From a virus (lineage: Duplodnaviria > Caudoviricetes), in IMG/VR virus record IMGVR_UViG_3300013121_000025, positions 32,001-96,000 of that record: a stretch of 64,000 nucleotides of DNA; one strand, written 5' to 3'. The position numbers and the translations under genes were made by a program. Below are positions 1 through 9,333 of the stretch, piece by piece; the first letter of the stretch is position 1; every line of letters begins with the position of its first letter. The notes beneath the pieces were generated by a model that worked only from the letters and a program-made list of their open reading frames with translations, ran no database searches and was not told where the DNA came from.

Positions 1-169
1 CTGAAGTTTGTGTTTTTTGCTTCTTAACACGACGACGAATTTTCTTATCAACAAATTTCTCACGTTCCTGCGTAGTTGCAGGTTTTGGTGTGTTTGCAAT
101 TTGTTGTTTCATTTGAAGCAAGTCGAGGTCGACTAATTCTCCTCTCATGCTTCGTACTTTTTGACCCAT
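1..169 (-). CDS. hypothetical protein, 3'-truncated by the window edge (MGQKVRSMRGELVDLDLLQMKQQ...)
   Basis: Not in the ORF track. ATG at 169 with a GGAG RBS just after the stop of the upstream gene; frame stays open to base 1. Confidence 0.75.
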   Translation of the reverse strand, partial: MGQKVRSMRGELVDLDLLQMKQQIANTPKPATTQEREKFVDKKIRRRVKKQKTQTS

Positions 170-179
170 ATAATCTCTC

Positions 180-728
180 CTATGAAATAAAATCTTCTAT
201 ATTTAATTGGTATTTGATACTATCAACATCATGCACTTCTAATAGATATAGTATATAAGAGGACACACTGCTTCCTCTTCCAACACCCCAAACGATATTT
301 TGTTGTTTAAATGTATTTATGACGTATAAAATTACTTTTAGAACGTCAAACATGTTATTTTTACGGTATAATGATAATTCCAACTTCGTACGTTCGATGC
401 GTTGTTTCATTTCTTCGTCAGTATAGTTCCCACGTTTGAGTTCCTCCTCAAGTGCTTTATATACTACTGCTTGTACATGCATATTAGTATACTCTGAAGG
501 AAGCGTCCACATAGGATTGATGGGGTCACACTCGTGTTTAGTACCAATTTGCTGTGTAACTGGAACCATTTTATTATATTGTTGTATATCTTTGTCCACG
601 TTATCAACGCAAATATTCTTTACATCAATATCATATTGAAGTAAAAAATCTGTAAGTTGGTTCGACTTGATACTTATCTTTCCGTCGTACCACAAAGTGT
701 AGGTGTTTAGTTGTGTGTTGTTGGTCAT
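180..728 (-). CDS. DNA polymerase III alpha (DnaE)-like fragment
   Basis: WGVGRGSSVSSYILYLLEVHDVDSIKYQL matches the DnaE GxGRGSxxGSLxxYxLxITxxDPxxxxL motif; the protein ends before the PDID catalytic motif. Confidence 0.8.
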   Translation of the reverse strand: MTNNTQLNTYTLWYDGKISIKSNQLTDFLLQYDIDVKNICVDNVDKDIQQYNKMVPVTQQIGTKHECDPINPMWTLPSEYTNMHVQAVVYKALEEELKRGNYTDEEMKQRIERTKLELSLYRKNNMFDVLKVILYVINTFKQQNIVWGVGRGSSVSSYILYLLEVHDVDSIKYQLNIEDFIS

Positions 729-1063
729 TTGAAGGGAGTTTTATACACTGGACCTACGTCTTTAGGAATTGCTACTTTTGCAAACGCTTCACTATCTAAA
801 ACAGGCTGATTCTCATTTATAGGAGGTGCAGCTCTGGACACTTGTGGTATTGGGCGTTGTTCTTCATGGTAGTATGCTGGACGATATTCTTGTTCAGGAG
901 GTATTGATTGTTTTTGGACTTTCTCTGTCACCAACATCAACTTTTCCTTGATCCGTTTCCACTGTACAGGTGAGGGAGTCCATCCTTCATCTTGCATTTC
1001 TTCAACGCCTTGTAGCCACATTTTAAATTCTGAAAATGTTAATTTTGTTTCATTATTGCTCAT
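725..1063 (-). CDS. hypothetical protein
   Basis: 112-aa ORF with AAGG RBS; 4-nt overlap with the next gene. Confidence 0.75.
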   Translation of the reverse strand: MSNNETKLTFSEFKMWLQGVEEMQDEGWTPSPVQWKRIKEKLMLVTEKVQKQSIPPEQEYRPAYYHEEQRPIPQVSRAAPPINENQPVLDSEAFAKVAIPKDVGPVYKTPFK

Positions 1064-1078
1064 ATAATATACCTTGTA

Positions 1079-1570
1079 TTAAAATAAATCCCCAATTAAA
1101 CGGTCTTTTAGATATTTATGACTGTCTGAAGGGGCGATATTAATCCATTCATTGGGCCCAATAGGGTGACACAACATGTGATGTTTTTTAAGTAGAGGTC
1201 CCACATTAATATGATCAGGACTATAATCTTGTACAGTAACAACGCAAGGACGAGATTTATTGCCCGACGGTCCTGATACTACTGCTGTAAATTCTCTTCC
1301 TGCTAATTTCTTGACTTGTATTGCATCTAATTCTGTTGTTTCTTCGTCCATTACAAGTATGTTCCAACTCGATGGTACGAAAAACGAAAACCCTTCAATT
1401 GAAATTTTAAGAGATGGACAGTGTATTTCTTCGAAAAATTGTAATTCTGTTAGCGTAAAATCCATCTCTCCTTCAAAATCTAAATCAAGCACCCAAAAAT
1501 AATTACTTAATACTGGCCCATTGATATTATCGATAATAATTGGATCATTATTCTCATCAAATATTAACAT
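1079..1570 (-). CDS. hypothetical protein (beta-rich), coupled to uvsW
   Basis: 163-aa ORF overlapping the uvsW stop. Confidence 0.75.
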   Translation of the reverse strand: MLIFDENNDPIIIDNINGPVLSNYFWVLDLDFEGEMDFTLTELQFFEEIHCPSLKISIEGFSFFVPSSWNILVMDEETTELDAIQVKKLAGREFTAVVSGPSGNKSRPCVVTVQDYSPDHINVGPLLKKHHMLCHPIGPNEWINIAPSDSHKYLKDRLIGDLF

Positions 1571-3077
1571 AATTGTTTACATCCTTCTTATTATATTGTT
1601 TAACTGTTTTTGTATAAGGATATTGTGCATCCTTATAATATTTTATTCTTTCTGCGACGTGCTTCTTACTGTATTTCAAATCAGAACAAATATCATATAT
1701 GTCGACGTGATCTTTGTCAGGTGCTACGCGCAATCCTCTTCCGATTGACTGAATGACACGAGTAAAAGATTTGCCTATATCTACTAAGAATAGATTGTAG
1801 ATACGTTTGATGTTGATACCAGTACTGGCGATATTGACTGTAGCAATAACAACTAAATTGTTTTCTGTTTTAAATAAACTATATATTTTCTTTCGTACTT
1901 TAACTTTATCGTTCCCATACACGAACATAGCGTTTGGAATTAATTCTGCTAGTTTTTTTCCATATGTTACACCATCAACGAGAACAAACGTATTACCTTG
2001 CTGTCGTACTGTTTCGATACGGTTAGCCACCCATTCCATACGATCTTTATTTTTGGATAAGAAATCTTTTTCAGCAGAATATTCTGGAAAGTATGTGTCT
2101 TTAAATTGAATATAAGTAGGTTTTTTAAGAAAAATGTTATTTGCAATAAACTCATTATACTTATCAACCATATCTTCTTCAAGTTGTTCAATATGAATAT
2201 CAAGCTTCGCAAGAATACCTTTATCAATTAATTCTTTTGCAGTAACAGTTTCTTTAACGTTACCCACAGCTAATGTCACAGCGAATGCGTCAGATTTGCC
2301 TTTTGGTAAAGTTCCTGTTACACCAAATCGATGAGCAATGTTGCCACCATGATCGAGCAACATTTCACGTAATATTTCACCAGTGAGACCGTGCGCTTCA
2401 TCGACAATTACACCTCTGAAACCATTGAGAATCGATTTGTTATTTTTTAATGCTTGCCACGTAGACACGACTGTTGCGTGGTCGACATCTTTTCTTGTAC
2501 CGCTATATTCACCAACGTCCACTCCTAACCAAGCAAATTCATCATACGTTTGTTGAATTAAGTCTTGGCTTGGAACAATTACCATCATTCGAACGTCTAG
2601 TTTATTATATAATAAACACATTGCACCACAAATTAAAGTTTTTCCAGCACCAGTAGCTGCGATTGCTAATCCGTGCCCTTCTTTTACAAGAGCATTAACA
2701 ACTCTCACTTGGTGGTCATACAAATCAACACGTTCGCCTGAATCGGGCCACGTTAAATGTTGGAAAAAGGTCTCGTCGATGAGGGGAGGGGAAACAACTT
2801 GACTAGTGCGTAAGTCATTTAATGTAATATTATAATCAAGAGCAACAAGTTTTTTCATTATACCATCTAAAAGATGGTAATATGTTTTTCCGTCTGCTTG
2901 AAAATATCGAATCTTACCGTCCCAAGCACCGAACTTGTACTTTGGATTAAAGAAATAATTTTCTGCAAATATAGCGTATGCGTCCTGAAACATTTTACTA
3001 TGTTCAGTTGACAACCCTGTTATTTTTACATTTACTTCATCAAGAAGGTGAATAATTACTTGTTTCTTTTGACTCAT
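1557..3077 (-). CDS. uvsW: UvsW-like SF2 DNA helicase
   Basis: Walker A ATGAGKT, DEAH, TGT motif III, QSIGRGLR motif VI; WDGKIR N-terminal motif; adjacent to uvsY. Confidence 0.93.
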   Translation of the reverse strand: MSQKKQVIIHLLDEVNVKITGLSTEHSKMFQDAYAIFAENYFFNPKYKFGAWDGKIRYFQADGKTYYHLLDGIMKKLVALDYNITLNDLRTSQVVSPPLIDETFFQHLTWPDSGERVDLYDHQVRVVNALVKEGHGLAIAATGAGKTLICGAMCLLYNKLDVRMMVIVPSQDLIQQTYDEFAWLGVDVGEYSGTRKDVDHATVVSTWQALKNNKSILNGFRGVIVDEAHGLTGEILREMLLDHGGNIAHRFGVTGTLPKGKSDAFAVTLAVGNVKETVTAKELIDKGILAKLDIHIEQLEEDMVDKYNEFIANNIFLKKPTYIQFKDTYFPEYSAEKDFLSKNKDRMEWVANRIETVRQQGNTFVLVDGVTYGKKLAELIPNAMFVYGNDKVKVRKKIYSLFKTENNLVVIATVNIASTGINIKRIYNLFLVDIGKSFTRVIQSIGRGLRVAPDKDHVDIYDICSDLKYSKKHVAERIKYYKDAQYPYTKTVKQYNKKDVNNYVNI

Positions 3078-3532
3078 AATACTATATTTTCAAGAGAAGC
3101 CACACGTAAATTAGTAATATTGCGCAGAACGTAACCCCTAGAAGTAAATGCATCAACCACAGCAGAATACTTTTTATACAGTTCTTCGACTTGGAGATAA
3201 AGTTGATTTTCGACGAGGTATTTTGGGTCATTGTTAATATATTGATCTTTATCTTTTTGGGACAAATCACGACTGTAGTTTTCTGTATACTTGCGCCAAA
3301 GTTCCCCACGGACACGTTCTACTTCACGTTCCATATATTTAAGCAAAATATATAGTTCTGATTTGCGTTCATCGTAAAAAATTTGTAAGGAAGCATGCTC
3401 TCTATTTGCACGTTCTAACGTTTTGCCTTCTAAATTAATTTCTTCTGCAACTTTGCCAAGATCATCTGTGTACTTAGAAATTAGTTTCGGAAGATTTTCT
3501 CTCTTCTCACCTAAATCAATTAAAATACTCAA
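3074..3532 (-). CDS. uvsY: UvsY-like recombination mediator
   Basis: 152-aa helical protein ending SRGYVLRNITNLRVA; located upstream of uvsW as in T4-like phages. Confidence 0.75.
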   Translation of the reverse strand: MSILIDLGEKRENLPKLISKYTDDLGKVAEEINLEGKTLERANREHASLQIFYDERKSELYILLKYMEREVERVRGELWRKYTENYSRDLSQKDKDQYINNDPKYLVENQLYLQVEELYKKYSAVVDAFTSRGYVLRNITNLRVASLENIVL

Positions 3533-3906
3533 TGTAGTACCCTCTTTTTTTCTTGTTCTTCAGGTTCATTAAATGATACCTCAGATTCTTCTAAAAGAAA
3601 ACGCTGGACCTCAGATTTAGTTTTTTCGACATCATTTGCCACTACAATATCTTTGGAAATATTAATAAACATTTCTCCTTGTTCTGGTTGAGATTTAATG
3701 CTAAATCTAATAACATAACTATCATCTTCTTCAACTTTAATTATGTCATATAGTGCTATGTCAAGGGCATCTACTTGAAAAGCGGCACAAATGCCCAATA
3801 CGACATTATACATTTTTGAAAAGATAAAGATATTGTAATGTTTTATGATTGATGATTTCTCGTCCAACAATTCATCAATTGTCTTCGTGCTTATTTGTTG
3901 TTCCAT
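3529..3906 (-). CDS. hypothetical protein
   Basis: 125-aa ORF overlapping both neighbours. Confidence 0.7.
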   Translation of the reverse strand: MEQQISTKTIDELLDEKSSIIKHYNIFIFSKMYNVVLGICAAFQVDALDIALYDIIKVEEDDSYVIRFSIKSQPEQGEMFINISKDIVVANDVEKTKSEVQRFLLEESEVSFNEPEEQEKKRVLH

Positions 3907-6161
3907 ATTAAATCTTGCACCTCCATCGTTACTTTAGCTGCTAAATGAAAATCAGGACTATGACGCAATATTGTGCAATTATCATATGCTTCTCTTGCAC
4001 TCTTTTCTAATTCATCAGCATATTTAATAATTTCATCATATGTAAATTTACCATTTCTTATGTCTAATAATTCTTGAGCATCAGGACGTTTAACAAAAAC
4101 TTCTCCTGTCGTCAATGTTTCATTAGCCATCTTCATAAGTCTAATCAAATGACTTGCGTGTTTTGTATTTCCATGCAATCCTATATGCCCATTTCGTCTT
4201 GTAACTAATGTGTAATTAGGAACCATGAAACAAACAATTCGTTTATTTATAACCGGAATCTTTTTAACAGAAGAACTTCTAACGTGTCGACGTGTCTGAA
4301 TTGGTCTCATATTAATATGAATTTGATACATGTTATTATCTGAACTAAATTTTGTCATCAAAGGATAAGGACCATATAACGATGTTTCAAATCCACATAA
4401 AAATGCTAATCTTTGTACATCGTCGGCCAGCATTTTATTAATAGTATAGTACACATATGTATGTGTTTGATGGTCTTTTTTAGTACCATCACCTTGAATT
4501 AATGCAATTAATAAAGTAGTCATTTCGCGTTTGGTTAAAAAGAAGCACCATTCTGGCAATCGTTTATTCTTACTCAAATGTCCACAATCATTATATATAA
4601 ATTGTGACAATGTTCTTTTAAATACCCATCTTGTTTCGGGATGTTTTGCTATTCCGTTTGGATCATAAGTATATTCATTACATTGTATTTCTTTATTTAA
4701 AATTTGTTTATTAAGTGAACGAGATAGTTTTGATTGAGGTTTTGACTGACTAATCATCATGTGTTTAACCTTTCCATCAGGGTAAAAGTTCATTGTTCCA
4801 TCACTAACATACCAACCTATTAATTTAAGATAACTAAGTAAATCGATTTCTTCTAAAAGTTGTATATTAAATCCTTTCGGTAAAAGCTGTCTGTTTTTCT
4901 TAGGTTGAATTACATTTAGAGTATCAAACGTTTCTGATAACTCCGCAGCTCTCTCAAAACCCCATTTTCCTTCCTGTTTAGTAGCACGTGAATATGGTTT
5001 AACATACATATTATGATTCGATGTGACGAATGTGTCTACATGATAACCTGTTAAATGGTACATGTTTCCTGTGAATGTACTATCTATTCGTTCTGTGGGG
5101 AATTGATAAATTATATGATGGTTTTCATTAAATGTTGCTAATGTATCAGTGACTAACACATCGTCAAATTTTTTCCAACCATTATTTGTTAAAAATTCTG
5201 TATCATCAGAATAACAGTCATACCCATATTTTGCTTCTAAATCATGTCTTTTTTCGTTTCTGTTATTTCTCCACTTCCAATAATTATTATACTTCTCCAA
5301 GGCAGTTTTATATTCTGCTGAATTAAATTTAATCAAATATAAAGGTGACCCCAACCCTTCACCTTCGTTCTTTTCATACTTGGTATTTAAATTGTACATA
5401 TAATCAAAGGTTTGGTATCCTTCCACTCTATAAACACCATAGATGTCTCCACTATACGGAATCAATCGATAACCATCTTTGTAATCTTCTAAATCAAATG
5501 TAAACATCTTTTCAGTTGTAAAATTAAACAATAAAGATACAAAGTCGATCTGACGAGGACGTTTGTTCGATATTAAGGATAAGTTAATATCTTTAAAGAA
5601 TGCATCTTGATTTTTGGTCGTTATTCCTGTTTTCGGACGTTCTTTCCTGAGAATACCAGATGTGAATTCTTCATCGAAATTAGTTAACATCCATTCAGCT
5701 GTACATTTATTGGTTAAGTACAACTCACGTAAACGATCGATACCGTGTTGTTGCTGGGTTAACCATTTGTTATGGCCCATTATTCTTTTTAATTGAGAAT
5801 GAGCATAGCCTGTAGTAGTGAAGAAAATCTTTTTGGACAAAAAAGAATCTCTATGGCTACGTAGTAACTCATAGGCTGGTGTAGTAGACAAAATATCATC
5901 GGGATGAGTCCAAAGTAATTCAATAACGTTCGGATTGCAACCAAGAGTTAATTTCATATAATGGTTTAATTCGAAATATTTGGTATCTTCTGCGGATTCA
6001 TCTGACACTTCTCTCACAGGAAAAAATGGTGTTCGAATTTGCTCGGGACGAGCAACGAATATACCTCTAACATCTTCGTCAGATGTAGGAGTATTCGTTC
6101 CGTATGCATGGCTACCTGCTTTAGCTACCACTATGATATTTTCTAAATCTTGATTGTTCAT
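3891..6161 (-). CDS. RlaP/NrdC.11-like nucleotidyltransferase (Pol beta superfamily) containing an intein
   Basis: GSHAYGTNTPTSDEDVRG catalytic motif, NPNVIELLW, and C-terminal GYD|TKHASHLIRL split by an intein. Confidence 0.85.
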   Translation of the reverse strand: MNNQDLENIIVVAKAGSHAYGTNTPTSDEDVRGIFVARPEQIRTPFFPVREVSDESAEDTKYFELNHYMKLTLGCNPNVIELLWTHPDDILSTTPAYELLRSHRDSFLSKKIFFTTTGYAHSQLKRIMGHNKWLTQQQHGIDRLRELYLTNKCTAEWMLTNFDEEFTSGILRKERPKTGITTKNQDAFFKDINLSLISNKRPRQIDFVSLLFNFTTEKMFTFDLEDYKDGYRLIPYSGDIYGVYRVEGYQTFDYMYNLNTKYEKNEGEGLGSPLYLIKFNSAEYKTALEKYNNYWKWRNNRNEKRHDLEAKYGYDCYSDDTEFLTNNGWKKFDDVLVTDTLATFNENHHIIYQFPTERIDSTFTGNMYHLTGYHVDTFVTSNHNMYVKPYSRATKQEGKWGFERAAELSETFDTLNVIQPKKNRQLLPKGFNIQLLEEIDLLSYLKLIGWYVSDGTMNFYPDGKVKHMMISQSKPQSKLSRSLNKQILNKEIQCNEYTYDPNGIAKHPETRWVFKRTLSQFIYNDCGHLSKNKRLPEWCFFLTKREMTTLLIALIQGDGTKKDHQTHTYVYYTINKMLADDVQRLAFLCGFETSLYGPYPLMTKFSSDNNMYQIHINMRPIQTRRHVRSSSVKKIPVINKRIVCFMVPNYTLVTRRNGHIGLHGNTKHASHLIRLMKMANETLTTGEVFVKRPDAQELLDIRNGKFTYDEIIKYADELEKSAREAYDNCTILRHSPDFHLAAKVTMEVQDLIWNNK
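4167..5216 (-). mobile_element. intein (350 aa) with LAGLIDADG homing endonuclease
   Basis: Starts CYSDDTEFLTNNGWKKF; block B VTSNHNM; LAGLIDADG-like LIGWYVSDG and LIALIQGDG; ends LHGN followed by +1 Thr. Confidence 0.92.
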
Positions 6162-6180
6162 ATTAACTCCAGATATAAGG

Positions 6181-6202
6181 AAGGGGTCTTTCGACCCCTT
6201 TT
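6181..6202. terminator. intrinsic terminator-like hairpin
   Basis: AAGGGGTC-TTTC-GACCCCTT (GAAA loop on the minus strand) between groES and the nucleotidyltransferase. Confidence 0.7.
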
Positions 6203-6208
6203 GATTTA

Positions 6209-6502
6209 TTACTGTACAATTCCCAGTATATGCTGAACCTTAAGTAGAATTCGTTTAGGATTATTACTATCATACGCGAAACCTGACTTGGAAGGGAACA
6301 GTACAACATCATTTACCTTTACCGGTAGTTCAGTCATATGTTCATCGTTGTCTCTGCGATAATAACCATCGCTTACTGCAATTACTTTTCCTTTTTGCAC
6401 AGGATGAGTTTTTTGTAATAGTTGGATCTTTCGATCAGATGTATCATCGACATCCATTTCTTCGACAATAAATTGATCATGTAGTGGCTTCAATTGTATC
6501 AT
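6209..6502 (-). CDS. groES: GroES/Cpn10-like co-chaperonin
   Basis: LKPLHD start, GKVIAVSDG, VKVNDVVLF, ILGIV end; 97 aa. Confidence 0.85.
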   Translation of the reverse strand: MIQLKPLHDQFIVEEMDVDDTSDRKIQLLQKTHPVQKGKVIAVSDGYYRRDNDEHMTELPVKVNDVVLFPSKSGFAYDSNNPKRILLKVQHILGIVQ

Positions 6503-7586
6503 TTTTGCTCTCCGTTAATAATTCTGCAGCTTTCTCTGCACGTTGTTGTTTCATAGATGGTTTATTTTCCATTACTTCATCTGCATCTGAAATAACATTA
6601 ATGTAAGAATCTTCTTTGGAATCAATTGATTTCATAATTTTCTCTGCATGTTCTGCTATATCTTTTGAATACCAAGTATCATCTTCACCTGCAAGAGCAT
6701 ATCTTGATCCGCGTTTTTCGACAACCCCAAGAGCCACTGCTGTTTCGATCAAACCTGAATAAGGATCAATTCCTGTTTCATAAGGTACTTGAATTTCTAC
6801 TGTTTGGAAAGGTTTAGAGAAACGAGACTTGTAAGAATTACAACGCATTTCAATTCCTTCAAACTCTCCTGCCTTATCGCCTTTTAATCTTAATTTTGTT
6901 ACCAATAAGATTTGTGATAAGCTAAATTTCATACCATCGTTTACAATCCACACACCTTCACCGTTTTTGATATCTTGGTTACGATATACGTGTCCTGTAA
7001 CAGCCATTGTAACATTAAGTGTTTTAATGTCTTGTACAAACGACTTTAACATTGCTTTTAATTGTTTTGCTTGTTGCCCTTGGTCTCCTTTAATATCTCC
7101 GCTTTCATAATTTCCTAATTCTGTCTCAGTCATTAACATGTTGAGGGAATCGATTATGATTAATACTTTTGGAGCATTAACATCGGTACCATATTCAGCT
7201 TTATAGCCTTTCAAGAATGAGCTAACAATTTGTGAAACTTGTGGAATTGTTGTAACAGATTTGTACAAGTAATTTTGTTCTGTATTAACACCAATTTTTT
7301 GCATATATTCATCGTCAAGAGCATTTTCAGAATCGATTACAAGTACGAAACCACCGTCTTTTTGTGTTTCTCTTGCTAAATTTCCACAAATAAAACTTTT
7401 TCCTGAGCCCGATGGACCAACAATTCCAGTGATACGTCCTTGAGGGACACCACGAAATAATCCACCACCCATGATTTTATTAAGGACATAATTTCCGAAT
7501 GAATGCCAATAACGAGGTGGTAATGAGGATCCACCAACTCCTTCGATTTTTGCGACTTGTTTTTCAAAGTCCTTTAAGAATTTCAT
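6477..7586 (-). CDS. uvsX: UvsX/RecA-like recombinase
   Basis: Walker A GPSGSGKS, IDSENA, Walker B IIIDSL, KSRFSKPF. Start moved to the ATG at 7586, which has a GAAGGAG RBS. Confidence 0.92.
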   Translation of the reverse strand: MKFLKDFEKQVAKIEGVGGSSLPPRYWHSFGNYVLNKIMGGGLFRGVPQGRITGIVGPSGSGKSFICGNLARETQKDGGFVLVIDSENALDDEYMQKIGVNTEQNYLYKSVTTIPQVSQIVSSFLKGYKAEYGTDVNAPKVLIIIDSLNMLMTETELGNYESGDIKGDQGQQAKQLKAMLKSFVQDIKTLNVTMAVTGHVYRNQDIKNGEGVWIVNDGMKFSLSQILLVTKLRLKGDKAGEFEGIEMRCNSYKSRFSKPFQTVEIQVPYETGIDPYSGLIETAVALGVVEKRGSRYALAGEDDTWYSKDIAEHAEKIMKSIDSKEDSYINVISDADEVMENKPSMKQQRAEKAAELLTESKNDTIEATT

Positions 7587-7599
7587 AACACACTCCTTC

Positions 7600-7628
7600 A
7601 AAAGGGAGGGCTAGCATTGCTAGCCCTC
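7600..7628 (-). terminator. intrinsic terminator after the SSB gene
   Basis: 10-bp stem GAGGGCTAGC/GCTAGCCCTC followed by CCUUUU on the minus strand. Confidence 0.7.
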
Positions 7629-7639
7629 TAACTTTCGAG

Positions 7640-8500
7640 TTAAACGCTACGTCTTGCGGCCATATCAGCCTTAACACGTGCGAGGATTGCTTCGCCGTCT
7701 TCGTCATCATCAGAAGCGGTGACATTTGAGGTTACGGATGCTTTTGCCATTACTGGTTCATCGCCATCGTCAGCAGCAGAGTTCGTATTACCTTCGCCAT
7801 CTTCATATGCTTCGCCGTTCATCTCAGCTTCTAACATTGCTGTGACTTTTACGAGGCCAGGATTCTTTGGAAGAATGGTTGTTAAATCAAACAACTCAAG
7901 ATTTGCAATAGTGTCATCATCTAACGCACGTTCACGTCTTGCAAATTTGCTCAACGAGTAGTTTGCATGCTCACCTTGCTTATCTTTGATGATTAAGAAA
8001 TCTGTACCATGCTTATAGTCGTATGGTACTTCATCTAATTCACCAGCTTTGAAAGATGCTTTAATGATTTTGTAAATTTGAGGTCCGAAAGCAAACAAGC
8101 GGATTTTTCCGACTGGGCTTTCTTCACCTTCTGCCACAGGCAATGGGCTCTCTACTACAATTCCTTGTGCAATATATTGCACAGAACGGTAATATTTTTT
8201 ACCATTAACTTCATCATTTACTTTGTAATAGTCACGAGATACTTTACAAATTGGGCACTTTTCACCATACATATCAAGGCATGGAATTTTGCGTTCTTGA
8301 CCATTGATTGTTAACTTATGAGTTTTCTTCTCGATAAGGAAACCATGTGGATTTGCTTCGTTCTTATCTGGCACGAAACGTACGACTGTTTGTTCATCGT
8401 TTTTCATATTCCAGAATGGGAAGTAGTTGTTTGGAAGTTTGACGAACTTCTCCGTTTTGTCGAATGCATTACGAAGTTGTTCCATTGTAAGATTAGTCAT
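7640..8500 (-). CDS. gp32-like single-stranded DNA-binding protein
   Basis: VRFVPD, Zn ligands H...C...CPIC, GTDFLIIK, acidic C-terminal tail; upstream of uvsX. Confidence 0.9.
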   Translation of the reverse strand: MTNLTMEQLRNAFDKTEKFVKLPNNYFPFWNMKNDEQTVVRFVPDKNEANPHGFLIEKKTHKLTINGQERKIPCLDMYGEKCPICKVSRDYYKVNDEVNGKKYYRSVQYIAQGIVVESPLPVAEGEESPVGKIRLFAFGPQIYKIIKASFKAGELDEVPYDYKHGTDFLIIKDKQGEHANYSLSKFARRERALDDDTIANLELFDLTTILPKNPGLVKVTAMLEAEMNGEAYEDGEGNTNSAADDGDEPVMAKASVTSNVTASDDDEDGEAILARVKADMAARRSV

Positions 8501-8604
8501 ATTCAGTTCTCCTTTCAGTTTATCAGTTCAGTTAATATACTCAGTTCTTACTCTAAGTGATTAGTGTCTTTCGACTTCTTGTGATGGATTCTAATCAAAC
8601 CCAT
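8501..8604 (-). promoter_or_regulatory. putative autogenous translational operator of the SSB gene (H-type pseudoknot plus 5 AACUGA repeats)
   Basis: S1 AUGGGUU(8604-8598)/AAUCCAU(8590-8584); loop UGAUUAG(8597-8591) pairs with CUAAUCA(8564-8558); AACTGA at plus-strand 8503, 8515, 8523, 8528 and 8541 flanking the RBS. Confidence 0.7.
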
Positions 8605-8605
8605 A

Positions 8606-9328
8606 TTAGTATTTAGTCTTCTTCCTCTTAAAGTTACCTTTCGGCATTTCACTGCCTATAAGTACTTGATTATATTGATCTTTATCAATTTGTGTATATT
8701 TAATCATATCATTTGATGGATCAAGATAACTGTGGTCGACTAATATATTCAATTCTTTGTCTGTAAGTTTTTCAAAAACATCGACGTACTTTATATCAAT
8801 AATCGTTCCTTTAAAACTACTGGTGTCGGAAAATTTTAATATTTTTTCTCTTTCTTCTTTTAACATAGTTTTAATCTTCTCAACCCCACTGGATTCCTTA
8901 ATATAAAAGACCACTTCAGGTAAATGCTTATTTGCGAAGATAGAAAATATATAAGCATTGTAATCCATTACTCTTGCAAAACGCTCATCACTATGCATCT
9001 TGTCAAATTTACCAACTAGATTACTATGATCAAGTCTATGGCCAGCACCTAATGCTCCTTTGAATCTAATGCTCTTAGAGTTCATGTAAACAGGAACAGA
9101 TAAATTAGTACTTTTTATTTCAATTGATTTACGATCAATACATTCAGCATCAACACCATGCAACCCAGGAACAGAAACGATTGTAGGTTCTATTGTTTGT
9201 TGTAGTACGAACACAGCTGAAGTTTCACGATATGCTAGGTTGTGAAATAAAGACCCATATTGATTATTATATCGTCTTTCGAGTTCGACGATGTGCCCCA
9301 TCAATTGTATTTGTTCGTATGAAATCAA
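8606..9328 (-). CDS. hypothetical protein with PD-(D/E)XK nuclease-like motif
   Basis: GVDAECIDRKSIEIKST has D-x8-E-x-K spacing; TTG start. Confidence 0.55.
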   Translation of the reverse strand: MISYEQIQLMGHIVELERRYNNQYGSLFHNLAYRETSAVFVLQQTIEPTIVSVPGLHGVDAECIDRKSIEIKSTNLSVPVYMNSKSIRFKGALGAGHRLDHSNLVGKFDKMHSDERFARVMDYNAYIFSIFANKHLPEVVFYIKESSGVEKIKTMLKEEREKILKFSDTSSFKGTIIDIKYVDVFEKLTDKELNILVDHSYLDPSNDMIKYTQIDKDQYNQVLIGSEMPKGNFKRKKTKY

Positions 9329-9333
9329 ATTAA

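Noticed and set aside
1079-1570. Possible stand-alone Hint/intein-like domain
   Set aside because: It is beta-rich but lacks the N-terminal Cys/Ser, the TxxH motif and a terminal HN; this cannot be supported without a profile search.
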